From: Acidobacteriota bacterium
GTDB taxonomy: Bacteria > Acidobacteriota > UBA890 > WLXD01
DNA: 64,000 nt
Direction: 5' to 3'
Assembly (NCBI GenBank): GCA_963666055.2
Contig: CAXWPH010000012.1
Span: forward strand, 32,001-96,000
Part shown: positions 20,502 to 29,490 of the stretch, piece after piece
Layout: each line of letters opens with the position of its first letter
Numbering within the stretch: position 1 is the first letter of the stretch
The notes under the pieces: model-generated
What the model was told of the DNA's origin: nothing
Databases searched by the model: none
What the model saw: only the letters and a program-made list of their open reading frames with translations
Made by a program: the position numbers and the translations under genes

Positions 20502-20776
20502 CAGGCCGTGGTGAAAGTGTGGTGGGTCTGGCGACAGGGTCTTGCGAAGTGCAGGCAAGGAGAGAGGAGGAGGCGATGGTTACCCCATCGTTGACGAGGA
20601 ACGACGCAGGATACGCGCGCAACCCCCTGTCGCCCGAAGGGTTACGGCGATTTGGGGCCATTCGCAGCGTTGGCCTTCCTCAACGATGGCTAGGGCATCG
20701 CCTGTGTCAGGCCGCCTTGCATCTGGCCCCAACTCACCGTAACCAGACCCACCACACTTTCACCACGGCCTGCTAG
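20498..20776 (+). mobile_element. 279-bp MITE-like element, copy 1
   Basis: Perfect 34-bp TIRs CTAGCAGGCCGTGGTGAAAGTGTGGTGGGTCTGG (20498-20531 / 20743-20776); near-identical copies at 42910 and 58980. Confidence 0.9.
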
Positions 20777-20828
20777 GGACGAAGCGCCGACGACCTGGCA
20801 CGCATCTTCCCGATAGGACCGTAGAGAC

Positions 20829-22004
20829 GTGGACTGGCAGCTAACACCGGATCAACAGATGATCCGGCACACAGTGCGCGAGTTCGTCGATGCCAAGGTG
20901 GCGCCTGTAGCAGCGGACTGGGACCGCCAGAAGCGCTTCCCGGCGGAGACCTTCACGCAGCTTGGCGAGCTCGGCTTGTTCGGCATGATCGTGCCCGAGG
21001 AATGGGGCGGCGCCGGGCTCGACGGCACCGCCTACTGTCTCGCCCTCGAGGAACTGGCACGTGGCGATGCCTCGACCTGCGTGGCGATCAGCGTCACCAA
21101 CTCGGTGTTTTGCGCTCCGCTGAACAAGTACGGCAGCGACGAGCAACGCGAGCGCTGGCTTCGTCCGTGCGCCAGCGGCAAGTGGCTCGGCTCCTTTTGC
21201 CTCTCCGAGCCCGAGGCCGGATCCGACGCCGCCGCAATCAGGACGCGTGCCGAGCGCAACGGCGGTGACTACGTGCTCAACGGGGCGAAAGCATGGGTTA
21301 CCAGCGGCGCGGTGTGCGGAGCCATGCTGGTATTCGCGGTTACCGATCAGAAATCCGAACGACGTCGCATCTCGGCATTCATCGTGCCGCGCGACCATCC
21401 GGGGGTAAAAGTGCTCGGTGAGGAGGACAAGCTGGGGCTGCGCTCGTCGCGCACCAATCAGGTGAGCTTCGAGGATGTCGTGCTACCGGTATCGCATCGG
21501 CTTGGAAAGGAAGGAGACGGCCTCGGTATCGCTCTCGACAGCCTCGATGGGGGGCGCGCCGGGATCGCCTCGCAGGCCGTCGGCATTGCCCAAGCAGCTT
21601 TCAACGCGGCCCGCGACTATTTGCTGGAGCGCGAGGCGTTCGGCCGCCCGCTGGCGCACTTCGAGGGGCTGCGCCATCAGCTGGCTCGCATGGCCGCGGA
21701 GATCGGCGCTGGACGGCTGCTATACCTACGAGCCGCGGCGCTACGCGATCACGGCGCTCGCAACACCAAGGCAGCGGCAATCGCCAAGCTCTTCGCCAGC
21801 GAAGCAGCGAACCGGATCGCCTACCAGGCGATGCAAATGCACGGCGGCTACGGCTACGTGGCCGACTATCCGGTCGAGCGTTTCTATCGAGATGCTCGGG
21901 TCACCACCATTTACGAGGGGACTTCGGAGATCCAGCGACTCGTTGTTGCGCGCACGCTGCTCGCTGCCGCGGCGACAGCTGCGACCGGACCGCCAACTGT
22001 GTAG
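20829..22004 (+). CDS. Acyl-CoA dehydrogenase (short/branched-chain type)
   Basis: [38 protein letters not shown] with catalytic Glu. Confidence 0.95.
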   Translation: MDWQLTPDQQMIRHTVREFVDAKVAPVAADWDRQKRFPAETFTQLGELGLFGMIVPEEWGGAGLDGTAYCLALEELARGDASTCVAISVTNSVFCAPLNKYGSDEQRERWLRPCASGKWLGSFCLSEPEAGSDAAAIRTRAERNGGDYVLNGAKAWVTSGAVCGAMLVFAVTDQKSERRRISAFIVPRDHPGVKVLGEEDKLGLRSSRTNQVSFEDVVLPVSHRLGKEGDGLGIALDSLDGGRAGIASQAVGIAQAAFNAARDYLLEREAFGRPLAHFEGLRHQLARMAAEIGAGRLLYLRAAALRDHGARNTKAAAIAKLFASEAANRIAYQAMQMHGGYGYVADYPVERFYRDARVTTIYEGTSEIQRLVVARTLLAAAATAATGPPTV

Positions 22005-22166
22005 TCGGTCTCCGAGGTCTGTGGGATACTCCAAGCTTCAGACAACAGAGGGCCGATCGCGACACCCTTATCAAAGAATAGGGGGCGCGCCAACGAGCAT
22101 GGCGGGTTTGGCCAGCCGGGGTTTGGCGCGGTATCGGGCCACACGAGAACAGGGAAGAGGCGATTT

Positions 22167-22502
22167 GTGAGCGATGGCACCATCGAGCTGACGACGGAGA
22201 ACTTCGAGAACGAAGTGCTGCAAAGCGACCTCCCGGTATTGGTCGACTTTTGGGCTGTTTGGTGCGCCCCGTGCCGCATGATCGCCCCGCTTGTAGAAGA
22301 GCTTGCCGGGTCCTATGCGGGCAAGGTCAAAGTCGGCAAGCTCAACGTCGACGATCACGGTGACGTGGCAACGCGCTACAACGTCCGTGGCATTCCCACC
22401 CTGCTGCTGTTCCATGATGGCGAGGTACAGAACCAGATGGTTGGGGCTGCATCGCGCGACACCATCATGGAAATGCTCGACAAGGTGACCGCCGTAGCCT
22501 AA
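22167..22502 (+). CDS. trxA: Thioredoxin
   Basis: VLVDFWAVWCAPCRMI, GIPTL. Confidence 0.95.
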   Translation: MSDGTIELTTENFENEVLQSDLPVLVDFWAVWCAPCRMIAPLVEELAGSYAGKVKVGKLNVDDHGDVATRYNVRGIPTLLLFHDGEVQNQMVGAASRDTIMEMLDKVTAVA

Positions 22503-22694
22503 GCAGGCGGTGATGGAAGTCTGGCGGGCCTGGCGGCAGGGTCTTGCGCGGCGGCGGCAAGGAGAGAGGAGGAGGCGATGGTTATCCCATCGTTGACGAC
22601 GAACGACGCAGCATACGCTCGCAGCCCCCTGTGGCCCGAAGGGTTACGGCGATTTGGGGCCATCTGCGATGTTACTTCCCCCACCGCCTGCTAG
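22500..22694 (+). mobile_element. 195-bp variant of the MITE-like element, copy 2 (second arm absent)
   Basis: Shares the GGGTCTTGCG...GCAAGGAGAGAGGAGGAGGCGATGG...GGGTTACGGCGATTTGGGGCCAT core. Has its own 19-bp terminal IR (17/19 paired) and ends in CCTGCTAG. Confidence 0.82.
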
Positions 22695-22696
22695 AC

Positions 22697-23212
22697 ATGC
22701 GGGTCCGGATCGCCACTCTGGAGGACGGGCCGTGTCGGTTTGCCGGCACCGTGGCAATGTCTTCCGATGGGCACGACGTCAGCCTGGCCGCTCCGATAGC
22801 CTTCGCTGCGACTGTAGCGCTCGACGGCGACTCGATACGGGTCAAGGTCACGGGATGGCTTCACTCGACGGTCCGCGTGCCGTGCGCTCGCTGCCTCGAG
22901 CCCACGCCCGTGGTAGTAGATCGTGAACTCGAGCTGGTCTTCCACTCGGCGGAAAAGGCACCGCCGCCGGACAACACCGAGCTTGACGCCCAACGGCTCG
23001 AAGTCGATTATTACGCGGGTGGCGCTTTGGATCTGCGGTCCGTGTTGACCGAGCAGGTTCTACTCGACCTTCCGATGAAGCCACTTTGCAGCAACGAATG
23101 TCAGGGGCTCTGTCCGCAGTGCGGCGCGAACCGTAGCAAGCAGGCTTGTAATTGCCAACCTGCTGTGGATGCACGGCTCTCACCGTTGGCCGCGTTGCGG
23201 GATCGTCGGTAA
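22697..23212 (+). CDS. yceD: YceD/DUF177 family protein
   Basis: CARCL and PMKPLC..C.GLCPQCG motifs; upstream of rpmF. ATG lies 2 nt after the element end. Confidence 0.9.
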   Translation: MRVRIATLEDGPCRFAGTVAMSSDGHDVSLAAPIAFAATVALDGDSIRVKVTGWLHSTVRVPCARCLEPTPVVVDRELELVFHSAEKAPPPDNTELDAQRLEVDYYAGGALDLRSVLTEQVLLDLPMKPLCSNECQGLCPQCGANRSKQACNCQPAVDARLSPLAALRDRR

Positions 23213-23271
23213 TTTATTGTGCGGCTAGCGCGCATAGGCACGTTGCTCGCGCCAACCTGAGGAAATAACCC

Positions 23272-23457
23272 GTGGCACTTCCCAAGCGACGACACTCGCG
23301 TACGCGTCGCGACAAGCGGCGCACGCACGACGCTCTGAAACGCCCTCCGCAGTCCCTGTGTCCCGAATGTGGCCGAGCCAAGCAGCCCCACCGCGTGTGT
23401 GCTCACTGCGGCACCTACCGGGGACGACAGGTGATTTCGTCTAGCGACGAAGGCTGA
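23272..23457 (+). CDS. rpmF: 50S ribosomal protein L32
   Basis: MALPKRRHSRTRRDKRR, CxxC...CxxC, GTYRGRQV. Confidence 0.96.
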   Translation: MALPKRRHSRTRRDKRRTHDALKRPPQSLCPECGRAKQPHRVCAHCGTYRGRQVISSSDEG

Positions 23458-23514
23458 GCTCACTCGTTTCGCGCTCCGGACCCTGAGGTCAAGCGCTCTG
23501 CTCGCGGAGGTCAC

Positions 23515-24543
23515 ATGAGGATCGCCGTTGATGCGATGGGCGGGGATCACGCTCCGGAACACCCGGTGAACGGCGCCGTAATGGCAGCCCGGGACCCCGA
23601 GGTGAAGATTGCCCTCGTTGGCGATAAGGCCATACTCGCACCGCTGCTGGCGCGTCATGGCTCCCCGGATCGCGTCGACATCGTCCACGCCGACGAAGCC
23701 ATCGGGATGGATGAGCCAGTCGTCGTAGCGGTGCGACACAAGCGTCGGTCATCCATTCATGAGGCCGCCCGTCTACTCCGCCGCGGCGAGGTGCAGGGCC
23801 TCGTCTCGGCCGGCAACACCGGTGCGGTCATGGCCGTGTCCAAGGTAATCGTCGGGACCCTGAGCGGCGTCGATCGACCCGCATTGGCGGTTGTCCTACC
23901 GACGCAAACGGGCCGCGCGATGGTGCTTGACGTCGGCGCCAACGTATCGCCCAAGAGCCGGCACCTGGTGCAGTTTGCGGTGATGGGCGCCCACTTCGCG
24001 AGCGTGATCCTCGGAGTCGAGCGACCGCGGGTAGGCTTGTTGTCGATCGGAGAGGAAGCCGGAAAGGGCACCGAGTTAGTGCGCAACGCGTACACCGCGC
24101 TGCAGGGCTCCGCACTGAACTTCATTGGCAACGTCGAGGCACGCGACCTCTATCGTGGTGGTGCCGACGTCGTGGTGTGTGACGGTTTCACCGGCAACAT
24201 CTTGTTGAAAACCAGTGAGGCCGCGGTCGAGACGCTGAGGGTCCTGATGCGTTCCGAGTTTACTCGTACCTGGAGGGGCCGCTTGGCTGGCCTGTTGGGT
24301 CGCGGTGCCTTCCGCCGGTTGAGAGACAGGGTCGACTACGCGGGGTTCGGTGGCGCGCCACTGCTGGGCCTTCGCGGCCTGGCGGTAATCTGCCACGGAC
24401 GCTCCAACCCGCGGGCGATCTGCAATGGTGTGCGAGTGGCTGTCGAATACGGCCAGCATGGCGTCGATCAACGGATCGAGGCGGCACTGGCCGAGATGCA
24501 AGCGCCGGCGGCTACCTCCGCCAGCGGCAGCGCTACGACATGA
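23515..24543 (+). CDS. plsX: Phosphate acyltransferase PlsX
   Basis: IAVDAMGGDHAP, SAGNTGA, DGFTGNILLK. Confidence 0.96.
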   Translation: MRIAVDAMGGDHAPEHPVNGAVMAARDPEVKIALVGDKAILAPLLARHGSPDRVDIVHADEAIGMDEPVVVAVRHKRRSSIHEAARLLRRGEVQGLVSAGNTGAVMAVSKVIVGTLSGVDRPALAVVLPTQTGRAMVLDVGANVSPKSRHLVQFAVMGAHFASVILGVERPRVGLLSIGEEAGKGTELVRNAYTALQGSALNFIGNVEARDLYRGGADVVVCDGFTGNILLKTSEAAVETLRVLMRSEFTRTWRGRLAGLLGRGAFRRLRDRVDYAGFGGAPLLGLRGLAVICHGRSNPRAICNGVRVAVEYGQHGVDQRIEAALAEMQAPAATSASGSATT

Positions 24544-25487
24544 ACGGCCCGTCATCCGTCGCGTTCCTGTTCCCGGGGCAGGGAGCGCAGTACATCGGCA
24601 TGGGCAAGGAAGCGCACGATGCGTTCCCGGAGGCAGCGTCGGCGTTCGCCGAGTCCGACGACGCGTTGGGCTTTTCCCTTTCGCAGCTGTGCTTCGCCGG
24701 CGATGCAGACGAGCTTCGGCGCACCGAGAACACGCAGCCGGCGATCTTGACCGTAAGCATTGCGTTACAGCGTACCCTCGCCGCGCGTGGAGTAGAGGCC
24801 AGGTGGATGGCCGGGCACTCGTTGGGCGAATACAGCGCCCTGGTCGCTGCCGGCAGCCTGGAGCTTACTGATGCCGTGCGCTTGGTGCGGGCTCGAGGGC
24901 GCTATATGCAGGAGGCGGTTCCGGTCGGCGAAGGGGCCATGGCGGCTGTGCTGGGTCTCGATGACGACGCCATCATCGCTACCTGCGAGGAGGCCTCGCG
25001 CCAGACCGAACCGGTCGAACCGGCGAACTTCAACTCGCCCGGCCAGGTGGTGATCGCCGGTGCCACGCAAGCAGTAGAGCGTGCCGTGGAAATGGCAAAG
25101 GCCCGGGGTGCCCGCCGTGCCCTCATGCTAGAGGTATCGGCACCGTTCCACTGCTCGTTGATGGCCCCCGCCCAGCAGCGACTTGCGGCCGACCTGCAGT
25201 CTGTTCCCCTCGCGCCGCCGCGGGTGCCTGTCGTTTGCAACGTACGCGCCACGCCCCTGTCGACTGCCGACGAGGTGCGTGAAGCCCTCATCCAACAGGT
25301 CACGGCGGCCGTCCGGTGGGTGGACAGCCTGCGCTGGCTCGCCGATGCCGGTGCCACGACCTATGTGGAGGTCGGGCCAGGTAGAGTACTCGCGGGTCTG
25401 GCGAAGCGGACCCTGGAAGCACCCCAGATACGCTCGGTGCAAGGGCCGACCGATGTGGACGCGCTACTCGCCTTGGTGGCGGGTTGA
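24540..25487 (+). CDS. fabD: Malonyl CoA-ACP transacylase
   Basis: FPGQGAQ, GHSLGEYSA, VSAPFH. Confidence 0.96.
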   Translation: MNGPSSVAFLFPGQGAQYIGMGKEAHDAFPEAASAFAESDDALGFSLSQLCFAGDADELRRTENTQPAILTVSIALQRTLAARGVEARWMAGHSLGEYSALVAAGSLELTDAVRLVRARGRYMQEAVPVGEGAMAAVLGLDDDAIIATCEEASRQTEPVEPANFNSPGQVVIAGATQAVERAVEMAKARGARRALMLEVSAPFHCSLMAPAQQRLAADLQSVPLAPPRVPVVCNVRATPLSTADEVREALIQQVTAAVRWVDSLRWLADAGATTYVEVGPGRVLAGLAKRTLEAPQIRSVQGPTDVDALLALVAG

Positions 25488-25513
25488 CTCCAACTCCTCG
25501 ACGGAGGGCAAGA

Positions 25514-26260
25514 TTGTCCGGCAGCTTGCAGGACCGGGTCAGCATCGTTACCGGGGCCTCGCGCGGCATCGGTAAGGCTATCGCCCTAAGCCTCGCGAGC
25601 CAGGGGTGCCATCTAGCGATCGGAGCACGTACGGCCGCGGCATGCGAGTCGGTTGCGGAGGAGGCTCGGACGCACGGCGTAGACGTCCTTCCGTTGGAGA
25701 TGGATGTCGGCGAACCCGACTCCGTCAAGGCTGCCGTCAAGGCCGTCCTGGATCACTTCGGGCAGATCGACAACCTGGTCAACAATGCCGGGATCACACG
25801 TGATGGACTGCTCCTGCGACTCAAGGACGACGCCTGGAACGACGTGCTCCGGACCGACCTGACTGGCGTCTTTCTGTGCTCGCGCGCCGTGCTAAGATCG
25901 ATGCTTCGCCGACGAGAGGGCCGGATCGTCTCGATCAGTTCGGTCGTCGGGCTGCTCGGCAATCCCGGCCAAACGAACTACGCCGCCGCTAAAGCCGGAG
26001 TGCACGGTTTCACGAAGGCACTCGCGCGCGAGGTGGCGTCGCGCGGCATTACGGTGAACGCTGTGGCTCCGGGTTATGTCGAAACGGACATGACCCACGG
26101 CCTGCCCGAGGAGGCCAAGCGGCAGCTAAAGGAACAGATTCCGCTCAACCGGCTCGGGACCGGTGACGACGTCGCCGGGACGGTCAGCTTTCTTCTGTCT
26201 GATGACGCCGCCTACATCACCGGCCAGGTGATCAGCGTCGACGGCGGTATGTGTATGTGA
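25514..26260 (+). CDS. fabG: 3-oxoacyl-ACP reductase
   Basis: TGASRGIG, NNAGITRD, YAAAK. TTG 25514 follows GGAGG. Confidence 0.95.
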   Translation: MSGSLQDRVSIVTGASRGIGKAIALSLASQGCHLAIGARTAAACESVAEEARTHGVDVLPLEMDVGEPDSVKAAVKAVLDHFGQIDNLVNNAGITRDGLLLRLKDDAWNDVLRTDLTGVFLCSRAVLRSMLRRREGRIVSISSVVGLLGNPGQTNYAAAKAGVHGFTKALAREVASRGITVNAVAPGYVETDMTHGLPEEAKRQLKEQIPLNRLGTGDDVAGTVSFLLSDDAAYITGQVISVDGGMCM

Positions 26261-26340
26261 ATCCTGGTTTCGGAGTCACGGGCGCCTGCTATTGCACGCG
26301 TCATCCAAACTACCTGTAACCTGCTGTGCTGGAGGAAGGC

Positions 26341-26574
26341 ATGGACGTCGAAGCAAAGGTAAAGGAGATCATCGTCGAGCAACTCGGTGTGGATGCTGAG
26401 GAAGTGACCACTGGGGCCTCGTTCATCGAGGATCTCGGCGCCGACTCTCTGGATACGGTCGAGCTCGTGATGGCCTTGGAGGAGGAGTTCGACCTCGAGA
26501 TCCCCGACGAGGACGCCGAGAAGATTGCCAAGGTCCAAGACGCCGTCTCCTACATCACGAGCAAGGTCGGCTGA
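26341..26574 (+). CDS. acpP: Acyl carrier protein
   Basis: [20 protein letters not shown]. Confidence 0.97.
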   Translation: MDVEAKVKEIIVEQLGVDAEEVTTGASFIEDLGADSLDTVELVMALEEEFDLEIPDEDAEKIAKVQDAVSYITSKVG

Positions 26575-26603
26575 CAGCACAGCTGGCGGAGGATGGGGGA
26601 TTC

Positions 26604-27842
26604 ATGGATCGTCGCGTCGTCGTTACGGGCGTTGGACTGATCACGCCGGTCGGTCTGACCACCGACATCACCTGGAGCGCTCTGCTCGAGGGTCGTAGCG
26701 GTGTGGGTCCAATCACCAAATTCGATGCCACCGGCTACGCGGTCACGATCGCCGGCGAGGTACGTGACCTAACCGCCACCGACTTCGTCCCGAAGAAAGA
26801 CCTCAAGAAGATGGACCTGCATATCGTCTACGCCTTGGCGGCCACGGCCGACGCGTGGGCAATGTCCGGTGTCGAGGGCGCCTATGCTGCGGCACGAATC
26901 GGCACCATCATCGGATCGGGAATCGGCGGCCTCAACATCATGCAGAAGTTCCACGAGGTTCAGCTCCGGCGAGGGCCCGGTCGGGTCAGCCCGTTCTTCA
27001 TTCCGGCGCTCATCGTGAATCTCGCCTCCGGGTGGGTTTCCATGCGGTACAAGCTCCGGGGGCCGAACTCTTCCGTATGTACCGCCTGTTCGACTGGCAA
27101 CCACGCCATCGGCGATGCCTTCCGGGTGATCGCCCGCGGAGATGCCGACGCTATGGTCTGTGGCGGTACGGAGGGGGTCATATGCTCGCTCGCCATCGAC
27201 GGGTTCAGCGCCATGCGCGCCCTCTCGACGCGCAACGACGATGCGGCCCGGGCGAGTCGACCGTTCGACTCCGAGCGCGATGGATTCGTGCTGGGCGAAG
27301 GCGCCGGGATCCTGGTTCTTGAGGCCGAGGAGAAAGCCAGACAGCGGGGGGCCACCATCCTCGCCGAGATCGTCGGCTATGGCATGACCGCGGACGCCTA
27401 CCATATCTCCACGCCGCCCGAGGATGGAGACGGGGCCGTGCGCGTGATGCAAGCGGCGCTCGACGATGCTGACCTCGAGCCGAGCACGATCGACTACGTC
27501 AATGCCCACGGCACCTCCACACCGGTGGGCGATGCGGCAGAGGTGAAAGCGATCAAGTCGGTCTTCGGCGACCACGCAACCAACCTGGCCGTATCCTCGA
27601 CCAAATCGATGATGGGGCACCTGCTCGGCGCTGCAGGCGGCGTAGAAGCCGGCGTTACGATACTGGCGCTAAAGCATGGCCGGGTCCCCCCGACGATCAA
27701 CTACGAGAATCCCGATCCCGCGTGTGATCTCGACTTCGTCCCTAACGAGGCGCGGGCGATAGATCTCGAATACGGCCTCTCGAACTCGTTCGGATTCGGC
27801 GGCACGAACGCAGCACTGATCTTCAAGCGCTACGCCGGCTGA
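26604..27842 (+). CDS. fabF: Beta-ketoacyl-ACP synthase II
   Basis: TACSTG, NAHGTST, GHLLGAAG, NSFGFGG. Confidence 0.97.
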   Translation: MDRRVVVTGVGLITPVGLTTDITWSALLEGRSGVGPITKFDATGYAVTIAGEVRDLTATDFVPKKDLKKMDLHIVYALAATADAWAMSGVEGAYAAARIGTIIGSGIGGLNIMQKFHEVQLRRGPGRVSPFFIPALIVNLASGWVSMRYKLRGPNSSVCTACSTGNHAIGDAFRVIARGDADAMVCGGTEGVICSLAIDGFSAMRALSTRNDDAARASRPFDSERDGFVLGEGAGILVLEAEEKARQRGATILAEIVGYGMTADAYHISTPPEDGDGAVRVMQAALDDADLEPSTIDYVNAHGTSTPVGDAAEVKAIKSVFGDHATNLAVSSTKSMMGHLLGAAGGVEAGVTILALKHGRVPPTINYENPDPACDLDFVPNEARAIDLEYGLSNSFGFGGTNAALIFKRYAG

Positions 27843-27880
27843 ACGGCGTCTCCACGAGCCCCTCTCAGCGAGAGCTGAAT

Positions 27881-29356
27881 ATGGTCGAAGCCGACTTGTT
27901 GGAATCCCGCCGGCGCAAGCTTGCCGCGTTGGAAGCGGCGGGAGTCAATGGTTTTCCCAGCCGATTTCCAGTCGATGGCACCCTGCAGCAGCTGAGTGCC
28001 GCCCACGGCGGTGCGACGGCGGAGGAGCTGCAAGAGGCGCAACCGGCCGTGCGAATCGCGGGACGCCTCGTGGCGGTGCGCGAGCACGGCAAGTCTGTCT
28101 TCGCTGACCTCGACGACGGCAGCTCCAAGCTTCAATGTCACGCACGGCAGAAGGTGCTCGGCGAAGATCGCTTTCGGGCCTGGCTAGACTTGGATCTGGG
28201 CGACTTCGTCGGCGTCGAGGGCGTGCTGTTCCGCACACGGACGGGCGAGCTGACCGCCCGGGTCGAGGACTACCGACTGCTGTCGAAAGCGTTGCGGCCG
28301 ATGCCGGAGAAGTGGCATGGGCTGCGCGATACCGAGGTGCGCTACCGACAGCGATACCTCGACTTGATGGCGAACCCGGAGGTGCGGGCGGTCTTCGTGC
28401 GTCGTGCCGAGATCGTCCGGACCCTGCGGGCCCACCTCGATTCGAACGGCTTCCTCGAGGTCGAGACGCCGACCCTGCAGCCTCTGTATGGCGGCGCCAC
28501 GGCGCACCCGTTCAAAACGCATCACAACGCGCTCGACATGGACCTCTACCTTCGAATTGCGCCTGAGCTATATCTCAAGCGGCTCCTCGTAGGCGGATTC
28601 CAGCGGGTCTACGACCTGAATCGGAACTTCCGCAACGAAGGAATCTCCCGGCAGCACAATCCGGAGTTCACCATGCTGGAGTTCTATGCCGCCTACTGGG
28701 ACTACGAGCGCATGATGGAGTACGCCGAAGATCTGCTTTGCGCCGCCCTCGGTGGCGCCGGGCACGAGGCCCGAATCCCCTACCAGGACCATGAGATCTC
28801 GTTGCAACGCCCCTGGAGGCGGATGCCGCTGCGCCAGGCACTCCTCGACATCGGCGGACTCGAGTCGGAGCTAGTCGATGACGCGTCGAAACTCTCCGAT
28901 TGGTTGCGGACAAAGGACATACCAACGGCGGGTATGGGTCTAGGGGCGCTGCGCGAGGCTGCGTTTGACAAGACCGTCAAGCCGCAGGTCAGCTCGCCGT
29001 TGTTCATCACCGACTACCCGCTAGAGCTCTCACCGCTGTCCAAAGCTCGCCCCGACGACCCCGATACGGTCGAGCGTTTCGAGCTTTTCATGGGTGGGAT
29101 GGAGGTGGCCAATGGTTATTCGGAGCTGAACGATCCACGCGAGCAGCAGCGCCGTATGCAGGAACAAGTGGACGGGCGAGAAAACGACGGAGAGATCCCG
29201 CCCGCCGTCGATGCCGATTACATCACCGCGCTTGAGCATGGTATGCCCCCGGCAGCAGGTATCGGCATTGGTGTGGACCGCCTTGTAATGCTGTCCACTG
29301 ACTCACCAACGATTCGAGACGTGATCTTATTCCCATTATTACGCCGAAGGAATTAG
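27881..29356 (+). CDS. lysS: Lysine--tRNA ligase (class II)
   Basis: RYRQRYLDL, FRNEG...HNPEFTMLE, GIGVDRL. Confidence 0.97.
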   Translation: MVEADLLESRRRKLAALEAAGVNGFPSRFPVDGTLQQLSAAHGGATAEELQEAQPAVRIAGRLVAVREHGKSVFADLDDGSSKLQCHARQKVLGEDRFRAWLDLDLGDFVGVEGVLFRTRTGELTARVEDYRLLSKALRPMPEKWHGLRDTEVRYRQRYLDLMANPEVRAVFVRRAEIVRTLRAHLDSNGFLEVETPTLQPLYGGATAHPFKTHHNALDMDLYLRIAPELYLKRLLVGGFQRVYDLNRNFRNEGISRQHNPEFTMLEFYAAYWDYERMMEYAEDLLCAALGGAGHEARIPYQDHEISLQRPWRRMPLRQALLDIGGLESELVDDASKLSDWLRTKDIPTAGMGLGALREAAFDKTVKPQVSSPLFITDYPLELSPLSKARPDDPDTVERFELFMGGMEVANGYSELNDPREQQRRMQEQVDGRENDGEIPPAVDADYITALEHGMPPAAGIGIGVDRLVMLSTDSPTIRDVILFPLLRRRN

Positions 29357-29490
29357 TCTAATTAACTAAAAGTCACTATTAGTTAGTCATAGATTTTTAA
29401 GTTCTCCCTTGACTGCTACAGTCTATGTGGAGTCTTCGAAAGCAGGCCCACCGAGGTGTTGACCTCAGTTAGGCACTCGACGAGGGCAGG

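Noticed and set aside
20542-20742. 66-aa TTG-start ORF (MRSAGKERGGGDGY...) repeated in the element copies
   Set aside because: A by-product of the repeat: no RBS and mostly non-synonymous variation. The same frame inflates the yceD ORF to 22544.
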